A stretch of 64,000 bases of DNA from a bacterium (lineage in GTDB: Bacteria > Babelota > Babeliae > Babelales > Babelaceae). Positions 1 through 8,354 of this stretch are shown here, piece by piece (position 1 is the first letter of the stretch; the number at the start of each line of letters is the position of its first letter). The notes beneath the pieces are model-generated. The model made no database searches. It was given only the letters and a program-made list of their open reading frames with translations, and had not been told where the DNA came from. Position numbers and translations under genes: made by a program. The stretch spans positions 302,077-366,076 of the forward strand of contig JAEYYR010000002.1 in the NCBI GenBank assembly GCA_023428375.1. Direction: 5' to 3'.

Positions 1-11
1 ATAATCAAGGA

Positions 12-500
12 TTGAATTGCAACCAAAAGACCACTCTTAAAACTACATTTGAATGCGGTAGATGCAGTAATGGCAAGGAATTTCAATACCGAGCGGTGTG
101 CCACCATATGCACACTCTTGATTTGCCCTGTTTTCCTAAGAATGGTTTGGCATGTGGAATGTGTATTAATGATGCTCCCAGATCTTTCAATGCGTTGGAA
201 ATGTTTAAACATAATAAAGAATATCATGCAAATGATTATTATTGGCCCTGTCGTTTTTGTAATTCTCGTTCTTCACAAGATAACTGGATTAAGCATTTGG
301 GTTATTACACTAAAATTAGGGATGCGCTCACTGTCTTTGAAGGCTGGCCTGATAGGGAATTGAAAGTTTTTAAGAATTCCAAAAGTTTGGCTCACATTGA
401 TGCACAGATAAAAGCTACCGCTTTGACATCTTCGAGGCATACTGTTGATCAAGAAGCTATAGCAATTATGGTATTGTATAATTTAAGTAATAATAAATAG
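12..500 (+). CDS. Cys/His-rich triple CxxC-His (zinc-finger-like) protein, paralog 1. Probably 5'-truncated by the window edge: the frame is open to nt 1 and there is no signal peptide.
   Basis: Three CxxC...H modules (CGRCSNGKEFQYRAVCHHMH; CGMC..x15..HNKEYH; CRFCNSRSSQDNWIKH) align with the four downstream paralogs. The annotated start is a TTG. Confidence 0.55.
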   Translation: MNCNQKTTLKTTFECGRCSNGKEFQYRAVCHHMHTLDLPCFPKNGLACGMCINDAPRSFNALEMFKHNKEYHANDYYWPCRFCNSRSSQDNWIKHLGYYTKIRDALTVFEGWPDRELKVFKNSKSLAHIDAQIKATALTSSRHTVDQEAIAIMVLYNLSNNK

Positions 501-543
501 GTTTTTTAAATGTTGGTTAAGCGATGTTAGAGGCAAGGATTTT

Positions 544-1221
544 ATGAAACTAGTTTTGATTGGGCTAGTAATGATAGCAAACGTACATATGTATAGCAGT
601 GATGATGATAGTGATTTTGTAGTGGATGAGAAACCCTACTCAAATCCACTATCAGATGTTGAGTATGATCAGTCAAAATTAATCGATAAAAATAAATGTC
701 GTCGATATCATTGCCCACGATGTGATCACGAAAATTATTATACGGGGCGAGCCAAGCATATGCATAACGATTGTTTTAAAACAGCATTACCATGCCGTGA
801 TTGTAAGTCTCTAGTTGCGCCAAAAATGGAAAAGGTGGGACAAATTTACATGCACAATCGTTTTTACCATTTTAAAAAATCTAAATGGACCTGCTTGGCA
901 TGTTATGCAAAAATTGAACAGGACAAATTTATTGAACATTTTGGTACCCATACATTTAAGGAAAATGCGATCGAAAGATTTTCTGATATTAATGATGATA
1001 CTATCAAAATATCACAATATAAGACTCCTCTGACCAAATTACGTCAGCAAGCAAAGATGCCTAAAGAAACAAAATTATCACCAAAAGAACGTGATGAAGG
1101 ATTTTTAGGATTTTTTCAATTCTTGGATACTGTCCATAAAGCTAAAAAGCATAAAGTTGAATTATCTGACAAGCCTCTAACAAATTCAGTTAATGAAATC
1201 GATAATCGAATAAATAATTAG
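544..1221 (+). CDS. Secreted Cys/His-rich triple CxxC-His protein, paralog 2
   Basis: ATG preceded by AAGGA. N-terminus MKLVLIGLVMIANV is signal-like. Modules: CPRC-x11-HMH, CRDC-x16-HNRFYH, CLAC-x11-HFGTH. Basic C-terminal patch KAKKHK. Confidence 0.7.
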   Translation: MKLVLIGLVMIANVHMYSSDDDSDFVVDEKPYSNPLSDVEYDQSKLIDKNKCRRYHCPRCDHENYYTGRAKHMHNDCFKTALPCRDCKSLVAPKMEKVGQIYMHNRFYHFKKSKWTCLACYAKIEQDKFIEHFGTHTFKENAIERFSDINDDTIKISQYKTPLTKLRQQAKMPKETKLSPKERDEGFLGFFQFLDTVHKAKKHKVELSDKPLTNSVNEIDNRINN

Positions 1222-1287
1222 AAGTAGTGAATGTAGTGAAGAATTTATTTGAAGATCAACACATAACCTAATCAGGAATGATATACA

Positions 1288-2178
1288 ATGAAACTAGTTC
1301 TTGCAGGACTAGTAATGATAGCAAGCGTTAATACTTTTGTGACAACTAAAGATTTTGATACTGAATGGATACCTTCAAATTCTGATTACGAAAGCGAAGC
1401 TTCTGAAGCGTCATTCAAATCTGTTGAAAGAATGGCAGAAATTTCTTCTGATTCTGAACCCGTGAATGTCCCAGTTTCTTTTAATAGAACATATGAATCA
1501 AGTCATTTCGCTAAACTAAAGAATGATAATTCCAGTCAACGGGTCAAAATTTTAGTAGGATGCGATAATTCAAAAGAATACAAAACAAACTTATTTATTT
1601 GCGGTGGTTGCAAGCATCCTGAAGGTCATTTTGATACCATAGCAACTCACATGCATAGTGTTAATGGATGTATGCCTAAGAATGGTATTGCCTGTAAGGA
1701 CTGTAAACCTGACATTGCACCGCTCTTTATAAAAGTTATTGATTTGTTGAATCATAACAAACAAAAGCATAATAATCTTAAACAGTGGAAATGCGGTTGG
1801 TGCGGAACTGAAACATCACCAAAAAGATTTATGAAGCATGTTGCTTACTACACCAATGGCAAGAGTGTCAAAAAGACTTTTGAAGATTATCCTGATCGTA
1901 TTGTCGTAAATAAGAGCAGATTTATCTATGATAAAGGTGAAGTTATTCCTAATAATTCAAAAAGGAAAATAGAGTCATCCACTAAAGAAGTCTTCGACGC
2001 GGCTCCAAAAAGAAAACGTAATTCTAAACCTGTAGATAATAAAAATATTAATTGGTTATGGTATAAGCCGACAATAGATTCTGATGGAACTAAAGAATTA
2101 GTTAAATTTGGTGAGTTTACTGTCGATGAAATGGAAGCAATGATTGCGTTAAAAAAAATGCCATCTAAGGTTAACTGA
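1288..2178 (+). CDS. Secreted Cys/His-rich triple CxxC-His protein, paralog 3
   Basis: N-terminus MKLVLAGLVMIASV is nearly identical to paralog 2. Modules: CGGC-x12-HMH, CKDC-x16-HNKQKH, CGWC-x11-H. Basic stretches KRK and PKRKRNSKP near the C-terminus. Conserved C-terminal NW.WYKPT motif shared with paralog 4. Confidence 0.7.
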   Translation: MKLVLAGLVMIASVNTFVTTKDFDTEWIPSNSDYESEASEASFKSVERMAEISSDSEPVNVPVSFNRTYESSHFAKLKNDNSSQRVKILVGCDNSKEYKTNLFICGGCKHPEGHFDTIATHMHSVNGCMPKNGIACKDCKPDIAPLFIKVIDLLNHNKQKHNNLKQWKCGWCGTETSPKRFMKHVAYYTNGKSVKKTFEDYPDRIVVNKSRFIYDKGEVIPNNSKRKIESSTKEVFDAAPKRKRNSKPVDNKNINWLWYKPTIDSDGTKELVKFGEFTVDEMEAMIALKKMPSKVN

Positions 2179-2206
2179 ATATCGATTGTTTATTGATCAC
2201 CCATAA

Positions 2207-2821
2207 TTGATTATGGAATTTTCCGCTATGAATGCAACAGAACTATTATTTTTTCTCATTATTAATTTCATTTTTTGTTTAAATGGAGTTGATAATAATT
2301 TAATGAGTTCAAATAAAAGAAAAGCTGATGAGATTGTATCTTCTCAAAGAAGAGGCAAAATTAGCGTAGCTCGGAAAGATAATAAACCCTATATGTATAA
2401 ATGTTCTTCCTGTGACATAGCGCCACGCAGAGCTGAAAAAATTCAAATGCATATGCACAATGCATGCTACCCTCAAGAGATTACCTGTTTAGATTGTGAT
2501 TCATCGCGCACGATTTTTGCGGGTTTTAATGAGCTCGTGGATCATTACCTACAGCATCACGAAAATATGGTGAGATGGAGGTGTTATGCGTGTGGCGCTA
2601 ATGTGAATTTTGATAAATATTTTCATCATTTTAAAACGTTAACTAGTAAAAGCAGGGCTGAGAAGTACTTAGATGGTTATACTGAAGAAATGTATGCTGA
2701 AAAATTAGCTCATTACACATCTAATCAAAAAGCTAAAGAACCGGTGAACCGGGGACTTAATTGGTACTCTTATACACCCACACTGAATGAACAGGGCGTT
2801 ATTATACTTAATAAAAAGTAG
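2207..2821 (+). CDS. Cys/His-rich triple CxxC-His protein, paralog 4 (start may be the ATG at 2228)
   Basis: Hydrophobic N-terminus LLFFLIINFIFCLNGV. Modules: CSSC-x12-HMH, CLDC-x15-HYLQHH, CYAC-x10-HH. C-terminal LNWYSYTPT motif. Confidence 0.65.
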   Translation: MIMEFSAMNATELLFFLIINFIFCLNGVDNNLMSSNKRKADEIVSSQRRGKISVARKDNKPYMYKCSSCDIAPRRAEKIQMHMHNACYPQEITCLDCDSSRTIFAGFNELVDHYLQHHENMVRWRCYACGANVNFDKYFHHFKTLTSKSRAEKYLDGYTEEMYAEKLAHYTSNQKAKEPVNRGLNWYSYTPTLNEQGVIILNKK

Positions 2822-2831
2822 AACATATATT

Positions 2832-3527
2832 ATGAATTTTTTACTATTTTTTTCTATCACACTTATGACTAATCTGTTTGCGTTGGATATTAATTTACTT
2901 TTAAATATGCCACCAACAAGCCAAAATACTAAGAAGAGACGTTTTTCTGAAGGACATCTTCATGGCAATAATCAGGAATCTTTTGGTAAGGCACATCATA
3001 CAAAAAAAATTGCATCGAGTGGAAAGACTTTTGCGCATTATACGTGTGCTCGGTGTGATTTTGGTCCAAGATGCAGCGGCTCAATATTGCTGCATTGCCA
3101 CAATGAATGTTTCCCTAAAGAAGGTTTGCCGTGCATCGATTGTAGCGTCAGCAATCCTGCGATGAAGGAAATAAAGTTTTTGAATTTTACCAAGATGGTA
3201 AAGCATAATATTCGTTGCCATTCTGATTTACATCGATGGCGATGTTTTGCGTGTGATACAGATGTAAAACAAGTTGATTTTTTCAGGCATTTTAAAAGTA
3301 ATACCCACAAAGTCTCCAGCGCGAATATGTTCGGAAATATTTTAACTCAGAGTGAGTATACCGATTTCTTGGTAAAGTATCGGAATAGAATGAAATCGCA
3401 GCGAGATAAATCTAAGAAATTAACTGTTCCGGCTATTGCGGAGATTTCTCGTTCCCTCAACTCTGATATAGGTGAAAAAAATACACGAAATGTAGCTCCT
3501 CTTGCAAACGATTCTATTAATTCTTGA
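2832..3527 (+). CDS. Cys/His-rich triple CxxC-His protein, paralog 5 (the ORF track starts at 2787; the ATG at 2832 gives a signal-like N-terminus)
   Basis: MNFLLFFSITLMTNLFA is signal-like. Modules: CARC-x12-HCH, CIDC-x20-HNIRCH, CFAC-x10-H. Basic patch KKRRF. Confidence 0.6.
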   Translation: MNFLLFFSITLMTNLFALDINLLLNMPPTSQNTKKRRFSEGHLHGNNQESFGKAHHTKKIASSGKTFAHYTCARCDFGPRCSGSILLHCHNECFPKEGLPCIDCSVSNPAMKEIKFLNFTKMVKHNIRCHSDLHRWRCFACDTDVKQVDFFRHFKSNTHKVSSANMFGNILTQSEYTDFLVKYRNRMKSQRDKSKKLTVPAIAEISRSLNSDIGEKNTRNVAPLANDSINS

Positions 3528-3605
3528 TAAAGTTTTTTGTACATTTAGGTTGCAGCAGGTATAGAATTAGTGCATTCTACATGCATTGAAATATAGAGGA
3601 TTTTT

Positions 3606-5339
3606 ATGGATGTCGCCCGTGTTATTCAAGGTACAAAGTATGTATGGAAAGTTCCGTCTGTTGATATGGAATTGGTACATGCATTTGCATCAAAATACTC
3701 ACTTTCAATTTCTGTGGCGCATGTACTTGTTGCACGCGGATTTTCTGATGCTGCTCAAGCAGAACAATTTTTATTTACGCCAGCGGCGACGATGGTTGGT
3801 AAAACTGATTCGTTAAAAGATGCTAACAAGGCAGTTGAGCGAATTCTGTCTGCCATTGAGAAGGGTGAACGAATATTGATCGCGGGTGATTATGATGTTG
3901 ATGGAGTCACTTCTGCTTCTCTCATGATGATCAGTCTGTTGCATTTGGGTGCCAATGTTAATTTTTTCTTGCCTCATCGCGTGAATGATGGGTATGGACT
4001 ATCAGTAAAAACGATACAAAAGGCGTCAAAAAGTGGCTATTCGGTCGTCATTACGGTAGATAACGGCATCACTGCCTTTGCAGCGGCGCAAGAAGCAAAA
4101 CAACTTGGTATAGATTTAATTATCACCGATCACCATCGTCCTCATGATCACTTACCTGAAGCATTTGCTATCATTGATCCACATCAATCAGATTGTTTAT
4201 ATCCTTATAAATTTTTTGCTGGTGTAGGCATAGGCTTTAAGCTCATGAGTTTGCTCTATGAGCGTTTGGGTAAAGAATTGCCGATGGAAGTGTATGATTT
4301 GTTGTTACTTGGTACGGTAGCAGACGTGGTGCCATTAACCGGTGAAAATCGTTATTGGGTTCGCTATGGATTGAGCAGGCTTCATACGCAAGAGAGTTTG
4401 CCTATAAAAGTATTGAAAGCAAATTCACGGGTCACTAAGCAACAGATTACTTCTACTGATATTGGTTTTTTCTTAACACCACAAATTAATGCGCTGGGTC
4501 GTCTTGATGACGCACGTGAAGGCGTTAAGTTTCTGATTGGTGGAGATCCATTAGAAACGGAACGAATTGGTCAGATTCTCAAGCAACTCAATGAAGCGCG
4601 GAAAATGATAGAAAAGTCTGTCCTTTCTTCCGTTGAAACAGAAATTAAAAGTGGTGCGATTGATGTTGAAAAAGATCGTTTAATTATTGCTTCTAGCACG
4701 GAGTGGCAACCAGGTGTGATTGGGTTAGTGGCATCTCGATTAGTTGGTGCCTATAGTGTGCCTGCGCTTTTGTTTCATATCACTAAAGATGGTAAAGCAA
4801 AAGGTTCATGTCGTTCAATTTCTGCCTTTAATATGTTTGAAGCTCTCCATGAAATGAAAGATTTGTTAGATACGTTTGGTGGACATAAAGTTGCTGCGGG
4901 GTTGTCGTTACCTGCTGAACGGTTGCCGCAATTAAAAGAACGTTTGTCGGCAATGATTAAAGAACGTTTGACTGAAGATGATTTTAAACAAAAATTAGTC
5001 ATTGATGCGCCATTGCTCTTATCTGATATTAGTAAAAAATTTATGCACGATGTGCACTTATTAGAACCGTTTGGTTGCGAGAATCCTGTGCCTACTTTTT
5101 ATATTTCGTATGCCACTTTGATTGAAAAACCAGTATTATTAAAAGAAGCTCACCTTAAGTGTCGCATTTTTGCAGATGGCGTGATTAAGCCCGTAATATT
5201 TTTTAATCGTCCTGAATTGTTTGAATATCTACAAGATATGGATCAAGCATATAGCTTTGTAGTGCAGGTGGTAGAAAATCAATGGCAGGGAGCTTCGACC
5301 TATGAATTTCACGGAATAGATGTAACAAAGGTTTCTTAA
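3606..5339 (+). CDS. recJ: Single-stranded-DNA-specific exonuclease RecJ
   Basis: DHH phosphoesterase motifs (IAGDYDVDGVTS, ITDHHRP, DHH-associated GGH block FGGHKVAAG). GAGGA RBS before the ATG. Length 577 aa. Confidence 0.9.
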   Translation: MDVARVIQGTKYVWKVPSVDMELVHAFASKYSLSISVAHVLVARGFSDAAQAEQFLFTPAATMVGKTDSLKDANKAVERILSAIEKGERILIAGDYDVDGVTSASLMMISLLHLGANVNFFLPHRVNDGYGLSVKTIQKASKSGYSVVITVDNGITAFAAAQEAKQLGIDLIITDHHRPHDHLPEAFAIIDPHQSDCLYPYKFFAGVGIGFKLMSLLYERLGKELPMEVYDLLLLGTVADVVPLTGENRYWVRYGLSRLHTQESLPIKVLKANSRVTKQQITSTDIGFFLTPQINALGRLDDAREGVKFLIGGDPLETERIGQILKQLNEARKMIEKSVLSSVETEIKSGAIDVEKDRLIIASSTEWQPGVIGLVASRLVGAYSVPALLFHITKDGKAKGSCRSISAFNMFEALHEMKDLLDTFGGHKVAAGLSLPAERLPQLKERLSAMIKERLTEDDFKQKLVIDAPLLLSDISKKFMHDVHLLEPFGCENPVPTFYISYATLIEKPVLLKEAHLKCRIFADGVIKPVIFFNRPELFEYLQDMDQAYSFVVQVVENQWQGASTYEFHGIDVTKVS

Positions 5340-5986
5340 TGATAATTACTATCGATGGTCCTTCCGCAAGTGGAAAATCAACCATTGCGCAATTGGTTGC
5401 GCAAAATAATGGCATGTATTATATAAATTCAGGATTTTTGTATCGCGCATATGCCTATGTTATGAATCAAAATCCAGGAACAACATCTGAAGAATTTTTA
5501 AGATTTATATCCTACAAATATCACTCATTTCCCCAAGTATTATGGCATAATGTTGAAATTACACATTATCTTAAAACACCAGAAATTGACCGATTGGCGT
5601 CACAATTAAGTGGGTTGCATGAAGTCCGTCCACTTATAACACAACTGCAACGAAATCTTGCAGACCAATATGATGTAGTTATTGATGGCAGAGATTGTGG
5701 GACCGTTGTTTTTCCTAATGCAGAGGTAAAATTTTATCTCACTGCTTCGTTAGAAGTGCGTGCACAACGATGGCAGCATATGCAATTGCGACATGGACAT
5801 ATTATTACGTATCAAGAAGCAATCAATCTTATTTCAGAACGAGATTTAAGAGATAGTACTCGTAATATTGCACCATTGACCAAACCACAAGATGCAATTG
5901 CTATTGATTCATCAGAATTAACGATAGAAGAAGTTTGTGCTATCATGCAAAAACACATTGACCTAAAATTACAGAGGAAATCATGA
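5339..5986 (+). CDS. cmk: Cytidylate kinase
   Basis: MIITIDGPSASGKST P-loop N-terminus typical of Cmk. ATGA overlap with the recJ stop. Confidence 0.9.
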   Translation: MIITIDGPSASGKSTIAQLVAQNNGMYYINSGFLYRAYAYVMNQNPGTTSEEFLRFISYKYHSFPQVLWHNVEITHYLKTPEIDRLASQLSGLHEVRPLITQLQRNLADQYDVVIDGRDCGTVVFPNAEVKFYLTASLEVRAQRWQHMQLRHGHIITYQEAINLISERDLRDSTRNIAPLTKPQDAIAIDSSELTIEEVCAIMQKHIDLKLQRKS

Positions 5987-6756
5987 TTTTATATTTTTTG
6001 ATACTTATGCAAATGATTAGCATCATTGCAGCTGATGAGAACAATTCAGAACTTCATACTGCAGTTCTTGATAACAATTACCTTTTAGTAAAAGAGCTTT
6101 TGGAATGTAATGTTGATCCAAATACTCAAAATAATCTCAATCAAACTCCCCTGCATTATGCATGTCATACGGGAAATGTAGCAATTGCTTCATTGTTAGT
6201 GACTTATGGCGCAGATATTGAAGCAAAAGATATTGAGGAAAGCACTCCATTGCATTATGCGTCCCGTAAAGATTTTATAGCAGTAGCACAATTATTATGT
6301 GAAAAAGGTGCTGATATTGCTGCCGTCAATTGTTACAATGTGACACCGGTATATATAGGCTGCCATTCTGGATCTCTAACAGTAGTGAAATATTTTATAG
6401 CTCGTGGTGCAAACTTGGGTGAGATAGACAGTTACGGCGCATCTCTCATGCTTTGTGCAGCAGAACGTAGCAGCGTGGGAAATGTTTACACTGTTGAACT
6501 GCTGCATACCAATGGCGTTTCATTGACGCAGGGCGATTGTGATGGCAATACTCCCCTTCATGCGGTGGTACAAACGAAGGCATTTGGTGCTCTTCTGGCC
6601 CTCGTTGCGTTAAGAGCAAACCCTGCTATTTGTAATAATAAAGGCCAAACCCCGGCTGATGTAGCATTGGAACTTGGGTATGGTGAAATCGCCGCGGCTT
6701 TAAAGGTCTATGAAAAGAGCTATCAGCGCCAGGAAGCAACTTTAGCTGGACAATAA
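5983..6756 (+). CDS. Ankyrin-repeat protein with hydrophobic N-terminus, translationally coupled to cmk
   Basis: At least five ANK repeats (TPLHYACHTGNVAIASLLVTYGADIEAKD; TPLHYASRKDFIAVAQLL; TPLHAVVQT...). ATGA overlap with the cmk stop. Confidence 0.8.
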   Translation: MILYFLILMQMISIIAADENNSELHTAVLDNNYLLVKELLECNVDPNTQNNLNQTPLHYACHTGNVAIASLLVTYGADIEAKDIEESTPLHYASRKDFIAVAQLLCEKGADIAAVNCYNVTPVYIGCHSGSLTVVKYFIARGANLGEIDSYGASLMLCAAERSSVGNVYTVELLHTNGVSLTQGDCDGNTPLHAVVQTKAFGALLALVALRANPAICNNKGQTPADVALELGYGEIAAALKVYEKSYQRQEATLAGQ

Positions 6757-6783
6757 GGCGGTATTTGGTAAAATAAGGTATAA

Positions 6784-7146
6784 ATGTCTGATTCTTCAAG
6801 GAATTTTCCTGCTATGAACAAAACACAGCCAATATTTGATCGTTATTCAATATTTATTTCTGGCGGTAAACAATATCAAGCTATTGAAGGCCAAACTGTT
6901 GCTTTAGAAAAGATTGCAGCTGAAGAAGGCAAGGAAGTAGTTTTTGAACAAGTTTTATTGCGCAAAACTGACGCTAATTCAATTGAAATTGGTCAGCCAT
7001 TTGTAAACACCCCAATAAAAGCTACGATTGTAAAACATACTAAAGGCCCAAAACTTATTGCATTTAAGTTCAAACGCCGTAAAAAGTATCGTCGCAAAAT
7101 GGGTCATCGTCAACTTATTACCGTTGTACGTATTGAATCTATCTAA
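6784..7146 (+). CDS. rplU: 50S ribosomal protein L21
   Basis: YSIFISGGKQYQAIEGQTVALEKI matches the L21 N-terminal signature. TAAGGT RBS. N-terminal extension, so the true start could be the ATG at 6817. Confidence 0.85.
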   Translation: MSDSSRNFPAMNKTQPIFDRYSIFISGGKQYQAIEGQTVALEKIAAEEGKEVVFEQVLLRKTDANSIEIGQPFVNTPIKATIVKHTKGPKLIAFKFKRRKKYRRKMGHRQLITVVRIESI

Positions 7147-7159
7147 ATAGATACCAAAA

Positions 7160-7195
7160 AATTAAAGCCCCGAATAAATCGGGGCTTTTTTTATA
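7160..7195. terminator. Bidirectional rho-independent terminator
   Basis: AGCCCCG-aataaat-CGGGGCT hairpin flanked by an A-run upstream and a T-run downstream. Sits between convergent rplU and the 7191-8354 gene. Confidence 0.7.
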
Positions 7196-8354
7196 TACTT
7201 ATGATTTCTTTTTTCAATTCAACACCGGTAGATGTTTTTTTCAAGCCATAGATGTTAAAGCTATTTTGATCTTCTTCTGCAAGAGTATAGTAAGCAATCT
7301 CGCTATCTATTATTTTTTTAGTATTTTGTGCCAAATCAAACAAGTATGTTTTTCTTTCTACAGTGCGATAAAGGATAACGTCATCGCTTAATAATAGACT
7401 GCTTAAAACTTGATCGGGCAGATTGAGTTTTGTTATTTTTTCTTTGCCATAATCTATTAAAAACACGTTGCCATTTTGTACAGCAGTCATTTTAGAGTCC
7501 ATTGGAGAAAAAGCAACATGAAACCAAGGGTCATTGCTTTCTTTTGGTAACGGAAGAATGATACGGGTAGTTCTCGGGCCGTGATTATGGAGAATGAGTA
7601 TTTTATCTTTATTTAGTAATGCGCTATCTGCTAACGGACTGTACGCGCTTAAATATACACTTGATATATCAAAGTGCTGAGGAATCAAAAGTTTTAATAA
7701 GTCACTGTTAGTTATACGGAATGTGCCATCGGGAAGTACGTATATAATTTTGTTTTGGTTATCTTGAGTAATAATTATATTTTTAAATTCAAGTGTTTCG
7801 GGAATAAATAGCGACGACAGAATAGAATATTTTACCAATTCTGGATATTTTTCAGAAATTGTATGTAGCATTCTTTCATTTAGATTATATTCTTCTGCAA
7901 AAATAATTTTTCTTAAAGCCAGATCAAAATTGTCATAGGGTAAATGGAAAATATTTCTTAAAGCTTTTTTTACCGCTAATTTTTTAGCTTGAACTGAACT
8001 CATTGTGGATGGCAACTGCTTTAACTGATCGTATATTTGTTTTAATAATTGATTTTGTATGTTATTAAATATAAGCGCGTTTGCTACTACAAAATAGTCA
8101 GTTAGTTTTTCAAGTGGTATATCCTCAAACTTGCTTTTTGATTGTTCAAAAAATTCTTTGAATCGATAATTTGAAATTCCTGATGGGAGCAAAAAGGGTT
8201 GTTTATATGATGGATTTTCCATCATACCGTTAAAATAATCACTTTGTTCAATAAATTCCATAGGAAATGATTCAATTGTATCTTGGTCATCCCTAATTTG
8301 TATGGCTTGAGCGATTGTGCACACAATACTTAAAAAAAATACTAAATGCTTCAT
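7191..8354 (-). CDS. Secreted paralog (family member 3): BTB-like N-terminal region plus repeat-rich beta-propeller-like C-terminus
   Basis: Signal peptide MKHLVFFLSIVCTIAQA. The N-terminal FPMEFIEQSDYFNGMM..LLP..IS and C-terminal HVAFSP..FLIDYGKEKITKLNLP..LLSDDVILYRT blocks align with the two upstream paralogs. ATGA overlap with the upstream gene. Confidence 0.7.
   Translation of the reverse strand: MKHLVFFLSIVCTIAQAIQIRDDQDTIESFPMEFIEQSDYFNGMMENPSYKQPFLLPSGISNYRFKEFFEQSKSKFEDIPLEKLTDYFVVANALIFNNIQNQLLKQIYDQLKQLPSTMSSVQAKKLAVKKALRNIFHLPYDNFDLALRKIIFAEEYNLNERMLHTISEKYPELVKYSILSSLFIPETLEFKNIIITQDNQNKIIYVLPDGTFRITNSDLLKLLIPQHFDISSVYLSAYSPLADSALLNKDKILILHNHGPRTTRIILPLPKESNDPWFHVAFSPMDSKMTAVQNGNVFLIDYGKEKITKLNLPDQVLSSLLLSDDVILYRTVERKTYLFDLAQNTKKIIDSEIAYYTLAEEDQNSFNIYGLKKTSTGVELKKEIISI

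Noticed and set aside
2962-3544. ORF-track ORFs 2962-3165(+), 3038-3310(-) and 3347-3544(-), nested in or antisense to zinc-finger paralog 5
   Set aside because: They overlap a well-supported paralogous CDS in other frames, have no family resemblance, and fit the spurious ORFs expected in AT-rich DNA.
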